Positions 9,832 through 19,738 of a DNA stretch of 64,000 nt are shown here, in pieces. The notes beneath the pieces are model-generated. The model was not told where the DNA came from. It did not search any database and was given only the letters and a program-made list of their open reading frames with translations. A program made the position numbers and the translations under genes. Numbering within the stretch: position 1 is the stretch's first letter; the number at the start of each line of letters is the position of its first letter. The stretch is taken from positions 32,001-96,000 of the forward strand of contig OY969699.1 in the NCBI GenBank assembly GCA_963702025.1. The letters are read 5' to 3'. This DNA comes from an uncultured bacterium. Its GTDB lineage: Bacteria; Babelota; Babeliae; Babelales; Vermiphilaceae.

Positions 9832-10266
9832 AAGATTCCCTTAATTACAAAAAAAAGACAATTAAAATGGTATTTCCTTGGCCCGCCAATGTCAAATAAA
9901 TTTTTTTTCTAAATTTACCATCATGCCATCAATAGTATTTTAGGAATTAAATAAATGTCTTTGCTTGCCTTTCTCAAAAATCGCATTTATAATCACCCAC
10001 AATAATAAAGCATCCGTCTTCGTTCTCTAAACTACGCCGGACAAGTCATTGCATCAAAGGATGAGCAGCATGAAACACTTCATATACATCAGATTATTAT
10101 ATCTGAGTCAAATCACCCAGGATGGGGAATGTTGCGAGCAGAATCAATTAAGTTGGCTCGGGACTAAATAAGCCCCATCTATCTAAATAAATAATATTAT
10201 TAATTTAAGCTGAATTTCAGCATCGATGATACTGATGAGCAGTATCGGATCGAGCCTGTTCTTCGT

Positions 10267-10305
10267 CCTTCGAGACGCATCTAGCGATGCCCTCAGGATG
10301 AGCGG
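10267..10305. repeat. REP-like palindromic repeat (CTTCGA...CTCAG..GAGCGG family)
   Basis: Related copies at 19566, 39695 and 53561. Confidence 0.6.
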
Positions 10306-10354
10306 AAGGCGCGTTTACTCCCAAGCAAAGTCGAGGGATCAAAAGCGAAGTAGA

Positions 10355-10606
10355 ATGTATATGTTGTTCAAAAATTCTCGTGTGCGCCGCCGATTGGTTG
10401 TGCGCAATCCTATGACTATCAAAATTGCTCTTCCTTTGGATGATCATCGTAAGCTTGAGGCCTTTGTTGCATTGTTGGCACAAATAGATAAGCGCAATAA
10501 AGCAAACGGCAAAGACACCAAATCAAGAGATCCAACCAAAGCTAAAGATGCCTTCTTAAGGCAATATAGAAAAGGCTCACCTTTAAGTGGGCCTATTTTT
10601 TTTTAA
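10355..10606 (+). CDS. Small mobile-element protein (start uncertain, 10355 or 10412)
   Basis: LEAFVALLAQIDKR helix motif; resembles 16796-16966. Confidence 0.45.
   Translation: MYMLFKNSRVRRRLVVRNPMTIKIALPLDDHRKLEAFVALLAQIDKRNKANGKDTKSRDPTKAKDAFLRQYRKGSPLSGPIFF
10570..10604 (+). terminator. Hairpin + U tract; direct repeat copy 1
   Basis: AGGCTCAC-CTTTAA-GTGGGCCT followed by a T run. Confidence 0.6.
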
Positions 10607-10663
10607 CAATTGTTATACTGTTTTAAAAGTTTTACTCAACTCTACATATGTAAAGGAATCATC

Positions 10664-11314
10664 ATGAATAAATATATTGCTCCCCTACTTTTAATTTGTT
10701 GCACTTCAACAAACTTTTGTATGGAATCACTTAAGTATGCATATCCTTTATGCCAAGCAGCAAGTCAAAATGATGTAACAAAAGCACGAGAACTCATAGG
10801 ATTGGGAGCGCATCCTGATAGAATACCTGGCGGTGATGATCGCACACCATTATGGTATTCAGCGGTTAATGGGCATGTTGAAATGATTAAATATTTGCAT
10901 TCTATAGGCGTAGCTCTTAATGGATATTCTGGAGGAGCCACGGCATTATATGCCGCAGCCATGAAAAATCATGTACAAGCAGCTCGCGCTTTAGTTGATG
11001 CGGGTGCAGATGTGAATGCTGGATTTCCTAATGATAAACCAATTTTAGTTGCTGCATCATCAGGAAGTATTGATGTGATAAAATATCTTATTAGTTTGCC
11101 TAAGGTTAACATCAATCAAAGAGATAATGGCAGCTATACCCCTCTTTGGTATGCCTCATTTAAAGGACACTTGACAGTAGTACAAGCTTTAGTTGAAGCA
11201 AAAGCGGATTTAACTATAAAAGGTTTTGATGGTAACACACCATTAAGCATTGCCAAAGAAAAAAAACATGAAGCCATCGCTCAATATTTAGAACAAAAGC
11301 TTCTATCTGAATAG
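10664..11314 (+). CDS. Secreted ankyrin repeat protein
   Basis: Signal peptide; TPLW.SA..GH, TAL.AAA..NH and TPL repeats. Confidence 0.9.
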   Translation: MNKYIAPLLLICCTSTNFCMESLKYAYPLCQAASQNDVTKARELIGLGAHPDRIPGGDDRTPLWYSAVNGHVEMIKYLHSIGVALNGYSGGATALYAAAMKNHVQAARALVDAGADVNAGFPNDKPILVAASSGSIDVIKYLISLPKVNINQRDNGSYTPLWYASFKGHLTVVQALVEAKADLTIKGFDGNTPLSIAKEKKHEAIAQYLEQKLLSE

Positions 11315-11341
11315 CGTTAAAATTTTCTGAAAGTATAAAGA

Positions 11342-11376
11342 AAAAGGCTCACTTTTAAGTGGGCCCTTTCTTTTCT
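11342..11376 (+). terminator. Hairpin + U tract; direct repeat copy 2
   Basis: 23/24 identical to 10570-10593. Confidence 0.65.
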
Positions 11377-11433
11377 TAATAAATAAACTATCCTGCATTA
11401 TTGATCTTATAATCTTCAGCTTGGTATATACAT

Positions 11434-12624
11434 ATGATCGATACGGTAGTTCTTCTTCTTCCTCCAGATACATTCACTATTAGCAATCCAGATAAATTTG
11501 TGCCATCCTACTTCGCCAAGGCTACGAAGGACGGGTCCGCACGAAATAATTCCTATTATATGCATGGTATGCATGCAAAGCAGAACCCCACTAAGAAAGA
11601 ATTAGCCGCTGGCATATATAAGCCCAGGCTAACTTTGTTTTATAGTTTTCCCCACAAACAGGTAATGTTGAAAATCGAACTCTCACTACCCAAGCTCTTT
11701 TATGGCAATAATTTTCAAGAGCTTAAAGGGAAAGATCTGCAGCCTATTTTACAAAAGCTTTCATCAATTTTAGGCCAAATGGAGGTTATTGCGGATCTTA
11801 AAGAGCTGAGCAAAGCTCAAGTAAGTAGCGTTCATTATTCCAAGAATATTGCCCTCACCGATGGATCAACTCCTTATCACTATATTCAAAAGATCAAAGA
11901 GTCGAATATCAAGATGAGCCTTGATGTAAATCAAACCGATTATCGCAATGAAGGCCATAGCTATAAATGGCACTGCAATTCATATGAGGTGGTCTTTTAT
12001 GATAAGATTAAGGATCTTGAAAAAGCAAAACAAAGCGATAAACGAACAATAGAAAAAGATAGTGCATTGCAATTGAATTTATTCCCAAAGTTTGGGCAAC
12101 GTGGATTCGGCGGGCTCACCATGAAACGGAAACTGGAAATCTTACGCATGGAAGTGCGATTAAATAAGCGGCAAAAAATTAAACAGCTTTTCAATAAGCT
12201 GGGCATTAGATCAGACTTATCTTTTAAAAGCCTTTTTAAGCCCGCTATCTCAAAGAAGATCCTGCTTCATTATCTTTATGAATTAGAAAGCAAACGGCCA
12301 GCCCTGCTTGATTATAAAATATCTAGCGATAAGGGATTGCTCACTGATCTTATATTAAATAACCCCGAACTAGGATCAAAAAGAATTTTGCAAATATATG
12401 GGCTGGCCAAAGCACTGCAGATAGTTAATCTGCGTGAATTAAGAGCTATGTTTGCAGGAAGATGGCGCAGCCAAACGAAGCTCCGCAGGAGCGAAGACTG
12501 GTATCGGCTAATGGCTAATGCGAAAGGGGTAAAACTACCGGGAATTCGAAGCCCTTTTGGGGCAATTAGGGATCACATAGCAAAATTTAAGCCTTTAAAG
12601 ATTAATCAAAGCCTAAAGAGCTAA
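11434..12624 (+). CDS. Phage/plasmid replication initiation protein (Rep_trans / gpII-like)
   Basis: MIDTV start, IELSLPKL.YGNN, VFYDK..D and ILRMEVRL motifs. Confidence 0.65.
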   Translation: MIDTVVLLLPPDTFTISNPDKFVPSYFAKATKDGSARNNSYYMHGMHAKQNPTKKELAAGIYKPRLTLFYSFPHKQVMLKIELSLPKLFYGNNFQELKGKDLQPILQKLSSILGQMEVIADLKELSKAQVSSVHYSKNIALTDGSTPYHYIQKIKESNIKMSLDVNQTDYRNEGHSYKWHCNSYEVVFYDKIKDLEKAKQSDKRTIEKDSALQLNLFPKFGQRGFGGLTMKRKLEILRMEVRLNKRQKIKQLFNKLGIRSDLSFKSLFKPAISKKILLHYLYELESKRPALLDYKISSDKGLLTDLILNNPELGSKRILQIYGLAKALQIVNLRELRAMFAGRWRSQTKLRRSEDWYRLMANAKGVKLPGIRSPFGAIRDHIAKFKPLKINQSLKS

Positions 12625-12722
12625 TGGAGCCATTTTCAAGCAGTCTTGACTTTCATTGGAATTATGCCAAACTGAATAATAACATAAAGAATTATACGCC
12701 TAATTGTCTAAATGGAGAATTT

Positions 12723-13595
12723 GTGAAAAAGCTTTTATTTTTTTTACTTATAACAACTTCTTTTACACCAATATATACAATGCAAAAAACTACAATTCCA
12801 TCCTGTATTGGGTATACAATTGCAGGTACCCAACTCTTAAAGGACAGCATAGGCCACTACTTGTCCTGTGATTCTCTGTTAAAACAACCTAAACCAGACA
12901 AAACAGTATCCGACTTTTTAGAATCATATATTCCAGCAACAGGATATACAGAACCTCTTCATATTAGATTATATTTTTGGCTTTCAGGACCCCAAATGGG
13001 ATCATTTAAGGGGAACATTATTATAATATCAAATTATGCGCACAATGATATACGCTCACTGTTAGAAAAACAACAAAAAGTAGCCCCTGTAGCTGAATTA
13101 TCAGAAATTCAAAAACAGCTTGATGGTTATGGTGCTCTATTTCAGCATGAAATAGGCCATCTAAAAAACAACGATGTACACAAAAGAGTATATTTAACAC
13201 TCGCAGTATCACTCAGCTCTTTAGGCATTTCTCATCTTTTAAATCAATGCCTATTTAAAAAGCAAATTACTACGCTGTCGGGCAATGTTGTATGGGGTAT
13301 CTGCATAACTCTTATTAATTTTCTTATCACCAAAGAAATTAATAAAAAACTTGAATTGCAAGCAGATAAAAGCATACCCGCAAATAAAAAAGTACTAGAA
13401 GGTTTTAGAAAATTCATGGCGCAATTGGATGAGCGAGAAAAATCGGTAATAGCAGCAATAGGAAAAAACAATTCTCCCTTTATTGCTCAACTCAAAAGAA
13501 ACACATTGAAATTCATAATTGATTGCTTCGAGGATCATCCCTCGTACGAAGATCGAATAGCCCGCATTGATGAACGACTCGGAAGCATTAAATGA
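12723..13595 (+). CDS. Secreted M48-like zinc metalloprotease
   Basis: HEIGH, ELQAD and HPS..DRI motifs; GTG start after GGAG. Confidence 0.8.
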   Translation: MKKLLFFLLITTSFTPIYTMQKTTIPSCIGYTIAGTQLLKDSIGHYLSCDSLLKQPKPDKTVSDFLESYIPATGYTEPLHIRLYFWLSGPQMGSFKGNIIIISNYAHNDIRSLLEKQQKVAPVAELSEIQKQLDGYGALFQHEIGHLKNNDVHKRVYLTLAVSLSSLGISHLLNQCLFKKQITTLSGNVVWGICITLINFLITKEINKKLELQADKSIPANKKVLEGFRKFMAQLDEREKSVIAAIGKNNSPFIAQLKRNTLKFIIDCFEDHPSYEDRIARIDERLGSIK

Positions 13596-13818
13596 GCTCT
13601 ATAAGTGCAAAGCATTTACTCTTTATGATTTAAACATTTGAGTTTTCATATTAATTAAGTGTCGCACCATAAGGAAATACAATATTAATGCGTTATTAGG
13701 CACTTGGTAATGCAGGTAAAAGACCGTCTAAGGCTCGTAAAGACATAGAAATATTTTGCTTTCCCTTTAAACTGCTACCTGGTTCTGAACACTTCAACCA
13801 TCCAGCAGGTATACATTC

Positions 13819-15353
13819 ATGAAAGCAATTCTCATCGCACGTGTAAGCACGGAAGAACAAAAAGAAGCCGGCAATTCATTACCAGCTCAAGTGATGCGAC
13901 TGGAGCGCTACTGCCAAAATAAAGGCTTTGCAATCATTAAAACATGCAGTTTTGGTGAAAGTGCTTATTCAGATAATCGCGATGAGTTTGATCGCATTCT
14001 TGATTTCATTATTGAGCAAAAAGAAAAGATTGTAGTCTGTTGTGATAAAGTTGATCGCTTAACTCGAAATGTATTTGATAAGCGTGTTTCGTTTCTTTAT
14101 GAAAAAGCACTCAAGGATGAACTTGAATTACATTTTGTATCCGATGGACAGATTGTAAATAGCAGAATCTCTGCCGTTGAAAAATTCCAATTTAATATCA
14201 GCTTAGGATTGGCACGTTATTATTCAGATGCCATTAGCGATAATATTAAGCGCGCCATTGAACAAAAGCTCCGCAAAGGAGAATGGCCCGCCAAAGCATC
14301 TTTTGGCTATCGCAATATCACGCGTGAAGATGCAAGAAAGATATCATTGTGGATGAATTTCAAGCAGCTATTGTGCAAAAGGTATTTGAACTCTATGCAT
14401 CGCGAGCATTTTCCATGGAATTACTGCGCGTTAAATTAAATAAAGATCATGGCTTAAAGTGGTCCAAAGGATTTACCGATAAGCTGCTTAAAGATAATTT
14501 TTATCATGGCATCATGGTATGGAATGGCAAAAGCCATCCACATCGCTATCCTCCTATTATCTCCAAACAACTTTTTGATCAGGTGCAAGCTGTGAAAACA
14601 GGATTTAATAAAAAGAAATTTAAATATGCAGGCAAGCCATATATCTATCGTGGCATGATTCGCTGCGCCGATTGTGGCATGTCTATTGCCCCTGAAAAAC
14701 ACAAGGGCTTTGTGTATTACCATTGCACGCAATACAATGGCAAGCATGATGCGAAATGGCTACGAGAAGAAGAGATTATCCGCCAAATAAGCGCTATCTT
14801 TAAGCGTCTTGAGATTCCCAAGGATGTGCTTAAACAAGTAACAGAAACGATAAACCAGACCAATCAAGATCAAATAGACTTTCATAATACCCACTATGAT
14901 AAGCTCATATCAAAGCAACGAGATCTATCTAAAATGCTCGATAATTTATACCTGGATAAATTGAAAGGGAGAATTACTGAGAGCGAATATGACAAATTTT
15001 ACACATCATTATATGCAGATGCCCAAGAAGTTACTACCCAACTTGCTCAATTACAACAGGCAGAAAATGATTATTATATCACTGCAAAATACGTTCTGGA
15101 TCTAGTAAGCCGAGCTCACGAACTTTTTATGAGTTCTGAAGTGGAAGAAAAGAGGCAGTTATTGAGGCTCGTACTTCAGAACCTAAGGCTTGAAGGTGAA
15201 AACCTGCTCTACGACGCAATAAAACCGTTTGATTTACTACTGGAATGTTCTGATCGTCAAGGATGGTGTAGCCTGCAGGACTATTTCCGCAACACTATCA
15301 TTGAAGATAGCATAGTATTTGATATCAGCCCATTTCTAACCGCATGCGCATAA
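13819..15353 (+). pseudogene. Large serine recombinase with a -1 frameshift near 14332
   Basis: ARVSTEEQ catalytic Ser, DRLTRN, CADC zinc ribbon; adding one G restores REDGKKDIIVDEF. Confidence 0.88.
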
Positions 15354-15404
15354 AACGATTATAAAAATAAAAAAAATAACATCGTGAAAATAAGTATTGA
15401 CTTG

Positions 15405-15422
15405 TTAACCAAATTTAGTAAA
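15405..15422 (+). promoter_or_regulatory. Palindromic operator downstream of a -35 TTGACT
   Basis: TTAACCAAATTTAGTAAA; repeated at 16513. Confidence 0.7.
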
Positions 15423-15453
15423 TTTACTACCCGATACCTAAGGAGTAAGGACT

Positions 15454-15756
15454 ATGGATAGATTATCATTCGGCGAAACGGTTCAAGATCTTCGAAGAAA
15501 AAAACGATGGACTGTTAAAAATTTTATTGAGCATCTTGATCTGGATGTTTCACCTGCCTATATTACCAAGATTGAAATTCATGGCGAAATACCGAATCCC
15601 AATATTATTTGCAAGATAGCTGATGCATTTGATATGGATTATGAAGATCTTTTATCTACTGCCAAAACAGATAAAGTGAAATATTTTAAAGAATCTTTAG
15701 AAAAAAAATATGTACGAGCTGCGGGCTTATATCGAATACAACGGGAGATCAAATGA
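15454..15756 (+). CDS. XRE family HTH transcriptional regulator
   Basis: FGETV..LR, VSPAYITKIE..GEIP. Confidence 0.88.
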   Translation: MDRLSFGETVQDLRRKKRWTVKNFIEHLDLDVSPAYITKIEIHGEIPNPNIICKIADAFDMDYEDLLSTAKTDKVKYFKESLEKKYVRAAGLYRIQREIK

Positions 15757-16490
15757 ACCATAATCATATTGCTAAAATCGCTTCTGCTTTTTTTGCAGAT
15801 CAGTGTTTTGAAATTTATAAACACGCAATGGGTTGGCAAAACCCGGAAGAAATGATCGTAAATGTTATGGAGATATATGACAATGTTATTTATCCCGAAT
15901 ACGAATTCTCTTTAGATATGAGTACTGATCTTGGCGAATATGAGAACCAAAAAGTATTAGGCAAAACAATGCCAAAAGAAAAGATCATCGCCATTGACCC
16001 GTCAATAGCACCTGCAACTAATGATCCACGATTTCCATTTACCATGGCACATGAAATAGGCCATGCGCTTCTTCATCAAAGCGAAAATATGCCATTGTGT
16101 CGGACCACCGCAAGCACTTTTGCCAATAAGCATGACCCACTTGAACGAGAAGCTAATGCCTTTGCTGTGCAATTATTAATGCCTTCTGATCTTGTACAGC
16201 ATCGGTTTCAAGAATATTATGGAAGACGATCATATCCATATGTAGGCCCACGAATGTATTGGATAAACGGAGAGAAAGTTTATATTCGCTCCCTGCTTCA
16301 TTTATGCCTTAAATTAGCAGCGCCATTAACACGTTATTTTTCGAACGTTTCTAAGGCAAGCCTTGCCTATACTTTACACAACATCGGGCTTATTGCTAAC
16401 CAAAAGAATGAAAAAATTGGGCCAAACGTTCTTTTCCTTCCAGAATCTTTTCTGAGCCCTGATTGCCATGATTTTTGCGATACAGAATGA
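15753..16490 (+). CDS. ImmA/IrrE family metallo-endopeptidase
   Basis: FTMAHEIGH and EREANAFA.QLLMP; coupled to the XRE gene. Confidence 0.9.
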   Translation: MNHNHIAKIASAFFADQCFEIYKHAMGWQNPEEMIVNVMEIYDNVIYPEYEFSLDMSTDLGEYENQKVLGKTMPKEKIIAIDPSIAPATNDPRFPFTMAHEIGHALLHQSENMPLCRTTASTFANKHDPLEREANAFAVQLLMPSDLVQHRFQEYYGRRSYPYVGPRMYWINGEKVYIRSLLHLCLKLAAPLTRYFSNVSKASLAYTLHNIGLIANQKNEKIGPNVLFLPESFLSPDCHDFCDTE

Positions 16491-16512
16491 AATATATTTT
16501 TTTGTCAACTTA

Positions 16513-16530
16513 TTAACCAAATTTAGTTAA
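16513..16530 (+). promoter_or_regulatory. Palindromic operator, copy 2
   Basis: TTAACCAAATTTAGTTAA, a near-perfect palindrome. Confidence 0.7.
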
Positions 16531-16542
16531 AAGGGTGTACTT

Positions 16543-16695
16543 TTGAAATACGATGCAGCAAAGAAAAATATTATAATCAATCATAATGAAATACCATTTT
16601 ATATCACCTACGAAGGAACCGATGGAAAAAAGGAGTACGTACTAAAGCCAAACAGCAAACGCTCAAAACTATCACTCAATAAAAAAGAATACTAA
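16543..16695 (+). CDS. Small 50-aa ORF (MKYDAAKKN...KEYVLKPNSKRSKLSLNKKEY)
   Basis: TTG start after AAGGGTG, right after the operator; below the ORF track size cutoff. Confidence 0.45.
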   Translation: MKYDAAKKNIIINHNEIPFYITYEGTDGKKEYVLKPNSKRSKLSLNKKEY

Positions 16696-16696
16696 G

Positions 16697-16786
16697 TAAA
16701 GCCAGCCAGCAAACGATTACGCGTTAATCAAGTAGCCAGCGAGCCAGCGATTGATCCTTACGGATTTAAAGCTGGCTTTATTTTTT
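16697..16786 (+). promoter_or_regulatory. Putative structured leader / attenuator-terminator
   Basis: Several AGCCAGC copies complementary to GCTGGCT at 16771, followed by a U tract. Confidence 0.45.
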
Positions 16787-16795
16787 GGTAATGAG

Positions 16796-16966
16796 ATGCC
16801 AACAAAAAACAATCACCAAACAACATTCCCAAGCAATTTTCCATCACAAGTAGATACCAGGCCGCTTATTGATCTATTTGCGCTCCTGCTTGAATGGGAA
16901 ATGAACGAAAAAGAAGAAACCGAACAGGAGCAGCCAAGCATTGTTGAAAGGAGCCAGAACCATTGA
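16796..16966 (+). CDS. Small mobile-element protein
   Basis: LIDLFALLLEWE motif. Confidence 0.45.
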   Translation: MPTKNNHQTTFPSNFPSQVDTRPLIDLFALLLEWEMNEKEETEQEQPSIVERSQNH

Positions 16967-17013
16967 GATTAACACGCAGTCTTAGAAAACAAGCAAAAAT
17001 AAATTAATAAAAA

Positions 17014-17042
17014 AGCCACTTAGGCGTTGAAGCTAAGTGGCT
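17014..17042. promoter_or_regulatory. Inverted repeat upstream of the primase gene
   Basis: AGCCACTTAG-N9-CTAAGTGGCT. Confidence 0.5.
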
Positions 17043-17061
17043 CAAAATAGAGAGTTTTATT

Positions 17062-19455
17062 ATGACTAATTATAGCGTAAAAAGCCGCGATTTAAAAGCA
17101 GAATGTGCGCAACATATGGCAGAAAATGGCTTGCCAATAACTGAGCCAATTATTGCTGATGATAAGATTCATCGCTATTCAGCAGACAACAAAAAGAATG
17201 AAAGAGATGAATGGTATATTGCGCATGAGGGGATTTCAACAAAAGGCAATCCCTATTTAGTATGCTCATATGGCTCATGGAGCGCGGGTTCTAAGCATGA
17301 ATTTAAATCATTCAATCAATCCAACCCATTCGATGAGCATGAGCAAAAAGAATTACATACCTGGGTAAAAAGAAAAAAAGAAGAAGCTGAAAATCAATTA
17401 AAAGACGCACAGAATGATGCGGCAGCAGTAGCCACTATCATATGGCAAAAATCGGCTGATACGCCTCTTTATGATGAATGTTTGGATTATGCAAAAGCAA
17501 AAGGGATTACTCCCGGCAAAATAAAATATGGGACCAATCCCAATGGATTCCCGGCAATAATTATCGATATAAGAAATACAGCAAATGAAATACGTTCGTT
17601 GCAATTTATTTCGATGGGCAGCGATAACAAATCATATAAAACATTTTTAAGCGAGGGAGAGAAAAGGGGCAATTTCCACATTATTGGAGAAGCTCTTGAT
17701 GGAGCACCAATTTATCTTGTTGAAGGCTATGCAACCGGCGCAAGCGTTTATGCAGCTACAAATATGGCAACCGTTGTAGCCTTTGATGCGGGCAACATAG
17801 ATCCCGTTGTGGAAAATATAAAAAAGAAGTTTCCAAACAGCGCAATAACAATTGCCGGAGATGCGGATGAAATTGGCAGAAAAAAAGCATCTGAAGCAGC
17901 AAAAAAATTTGGATGCCGTATTGCTTTCCCAGAATTTCCTGAAGATAAAAAGAAAGACCATACCGGCAAAGATTACAAAGATTTTAATGATTTGCATCAG
18001 ATGTGTGGACTCAATGAAGTTCATGAACAACTTCAAAAAGCAGTTCCCATCATCACTGCGCAAGATGAACTAAGAGCATTAGCAGATACCTTAACGGAAA
18101 AAGAAGATCCGTGTGCATATTTTAATGTATCGGATCTTCCCGAGCCATTGAGAGATTATATCGCGACGCTCTGTCAAACCACTGATGCGCATCCAATCAT
18201 GATAACCTGCTCGGTATTAGCAACCGTCTCGGGATTTTTAGGAACGCGCGTATACATTCCAAAAGGATCTTATTATCAAACACTCTATCCCAATTTGTGG
18301 TTGCTCTGCGTCGCAAAAAGCGGCCAGCATAAAACTACTTCTTTAAATAATGGCGGTGAAATTGCATTTGAAAAGCAAGCGCAGATATTTGATGTCATCA
18401 AGTTTCTTGAATCGGAGCTTAAAGAGACTGATGATCAAGCAAGAAGAAGTGAATTGATGCAAGCAATACTCAATGAATCTTTAAAGAGTGTCATATTGCC
18501 AACCAGAACATCCGTGGAAGGATTAATCCAGCATCTGGCTAAAGGCCATCAGGGCATAATTTTTGCCAGTGAATTTGGCGCATGGCTTCAAAATTTGGCA
18601 AAAAATCACAACACTGATTTAAAGGGGATTCTCACCGATTTTTTTGATGTCCCCACAAGTTGGCGCAATCTCACAAAAACACAAGGTGATGATATTGTAT
18701 GCAGGCCATATCTTTCCATTTGTGGGGTTTCAACGCTGGCATGGTTAAGGGGCAATCTTGATCCAACAGATGTAGCAACTGGTTTTTTTGCGCGCTTTCT
18801 CATTTTTGCGCCGCCTCATTTTGATTCAATCCCATCGGGCTTGCCCAAGCCCACTCAAATGGCACAGCAGACTGCCAAAGATAATTTTAAAAATGTTCTG
18901 GATACTATCTTACAAGCGATTGGGCAAGAGCGAAGATTGATTCTATCCGAGGATGCTCAGATAGTTTTTGACAATCCCGTTGATAACAAAGGATTGCATC
19001 AAAAGATCTATGTTATTGCCAAATCATATGATGATAAGTGCCAAGAAATATTAGCCCCGTATCTGAAGCGATGGAGCCCTTATTTACTTAAACTGGCAAT
19101 AATCATGCAACTTTTTGATGACCCCGAATCAACTGAAATAGAACCCAAAGCACTTTTGGCAGCTCTATCTATTCTGGTTCCTGCAATAAAATCAACCGCC
19201 TTTCTCTGGGCAAGTGAACTAGGAGAATCGGAACATCAGCGCAAATGCCGCATTGTTCTTGAGTGGATATGTCAAAAAGTTAAAGATACCGGCAATCCAA
19301 TTAAAAGGCAGAGCATCCTCGCATCAAAAAAATTAGCCGGCGGGGTTACCGAATATGATTATGTATTATCGTCTTTGGTTGAGCAAGGGAAGCTTAAATA
19401 CGATGAGCAAAAACCAAAAAATGAATCGTTATATAGCCCAAAAGAAAATAGTTGA
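17062..19455 (+). CDS. TOPRIM primase fused to a DUF3987/YfjI-like NTPase domain (satellite replicase)
   Basis: EGYATG, AGDAD and DFND TOPRIM motifs; AKSGQHKTT P-loop-like motif; GFFARFL. Confidence 0.85.
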   Translation: MTNYSVKSRDLKAECAQHMAENGLPITEPIIADDKIHRYSADNKKNERDEWYIAHEGISTKGNPYLVCSYGSWSAGSKHEFKSFNQSNPFDEHEQKELHTWVKRKKEEAENQLKDAQNDAAAVATIIWQKSADTPLYDECLDYAKAKGITPGKIKYGTNPNGFPAIIIDIRNTANEIRSLQFISMGSDNKSYKTFLSEGEKRGNFHIIGEALDGAPIYLVEGYATGASVYAATNMATVVAFDAGNIDPVVENIKKKFPNSAITIAGDADEIGRKKASEAAKKFGCRIAFPEFPEDKKKDHTGKDYKDFNDLHQMCGLNEVHEQLQKAVPIITAQDELRALADTLTEKEDPCAYFNVSDLPEPLRDYIATLCQTTDAHPIMITCSVLATVSGFLGTRVYIPKGSYYQTLYPNLWLLCVAKSGQHKTTSLNNGGEIAFEKQAQIFDVIKFLESELKETDDQARRSELMQAILNESLKSVILPTRTSVEGLIQHLAKGHQGIIFASEFGAWLQNLAKNHNTDLKGILTDFFDVPTSWRNLTKTQGDDIVCRPYLSICGVSTLAWLRGNLDPTDVATGFFARFLIFAPPHFDSIPSGLPKPTQMAQQTAKDNFKNVLDTILQAIGQERRLILSEDAQIVFDNPVDNKGLHQKIYVIAKSYDDKCQEILAPYLKRWSPYLLKLAIIMQLFDDPESTEIEPKALLAALSILVPAIKSTAFLWASELGESEHQRKCRIVLEWICQKVKDTGNPIKRQSILASKKLAGGVTEYDYVLSSLVEQGKLKYDEQKPKNESLYSPKENS

Positions 19456-19725
19456 AACAGTTGAAAAGAGTTGAAACAAGAATCAACTTTCAAAGCGCCG
19501 ATCTGAAGCGCATTAATAACAATTTTAATAGGAAGTTGAAAAATTGAAAGAAGAGGAAGGCGAAACCGCTCGCCCTGAGCTGGTCGAAGGGTGTGAGCCA
19601 AATAAAAATCAGAGCCCGGATTTCTTCAACTTTTCAATCGCTATCAATTCTATATGCCGGACATTCGATCAAAAGCACCAATTAAGCGGTTGAATGATCA
19701 CCCAACTATCTTCAATCGTTTCAAC
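19451..19725. repeat. GTTGAAA iteron cluster, putative replication origin
   Basis: Direct GTTGAAA repeats at 19451-19545, then inverted TTCAA(C/T) copies at about 19625-19725. Confidence 0.65.
19566..19591. repeat. REP-like repeat
   Basis: CCGCTCGCCCTGAGCTGGTCGAAGGG. Confidence 0.6.
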
Positions 19726-19738
19726 TAAGGAGAACCAA

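Larger units (their letters stand above)
7608..15269. mobile_element. Integrative element B (Rep initiator, DUF1016, ankyrin, M48, serine recombinase)
   Basis: Bounded by GTCAAGGATGGTGT(G/A)GCCTGC junctions inside recombinase 3' ends. Confidence 0.65.

Noticed and set aside
10120..10180. GATGGGG/CCCCATC stem with an inner CGAGC/GCTCG stem, as an ncRNA or origin
   Set aside because: Single instance, with no recognisable family
10222..10255. CTGATGAG suggesting a hammerhead ribozyme
   Set aside because: No stem II followed by GAAA; it is only a GATACTG/CAGTATC hairpin
19451..19545. GTTGAAAC repeats resembling CRISPR repeat ends
   Set aside because: Only 7-8 bp long, with no regular spacers and no cas genes
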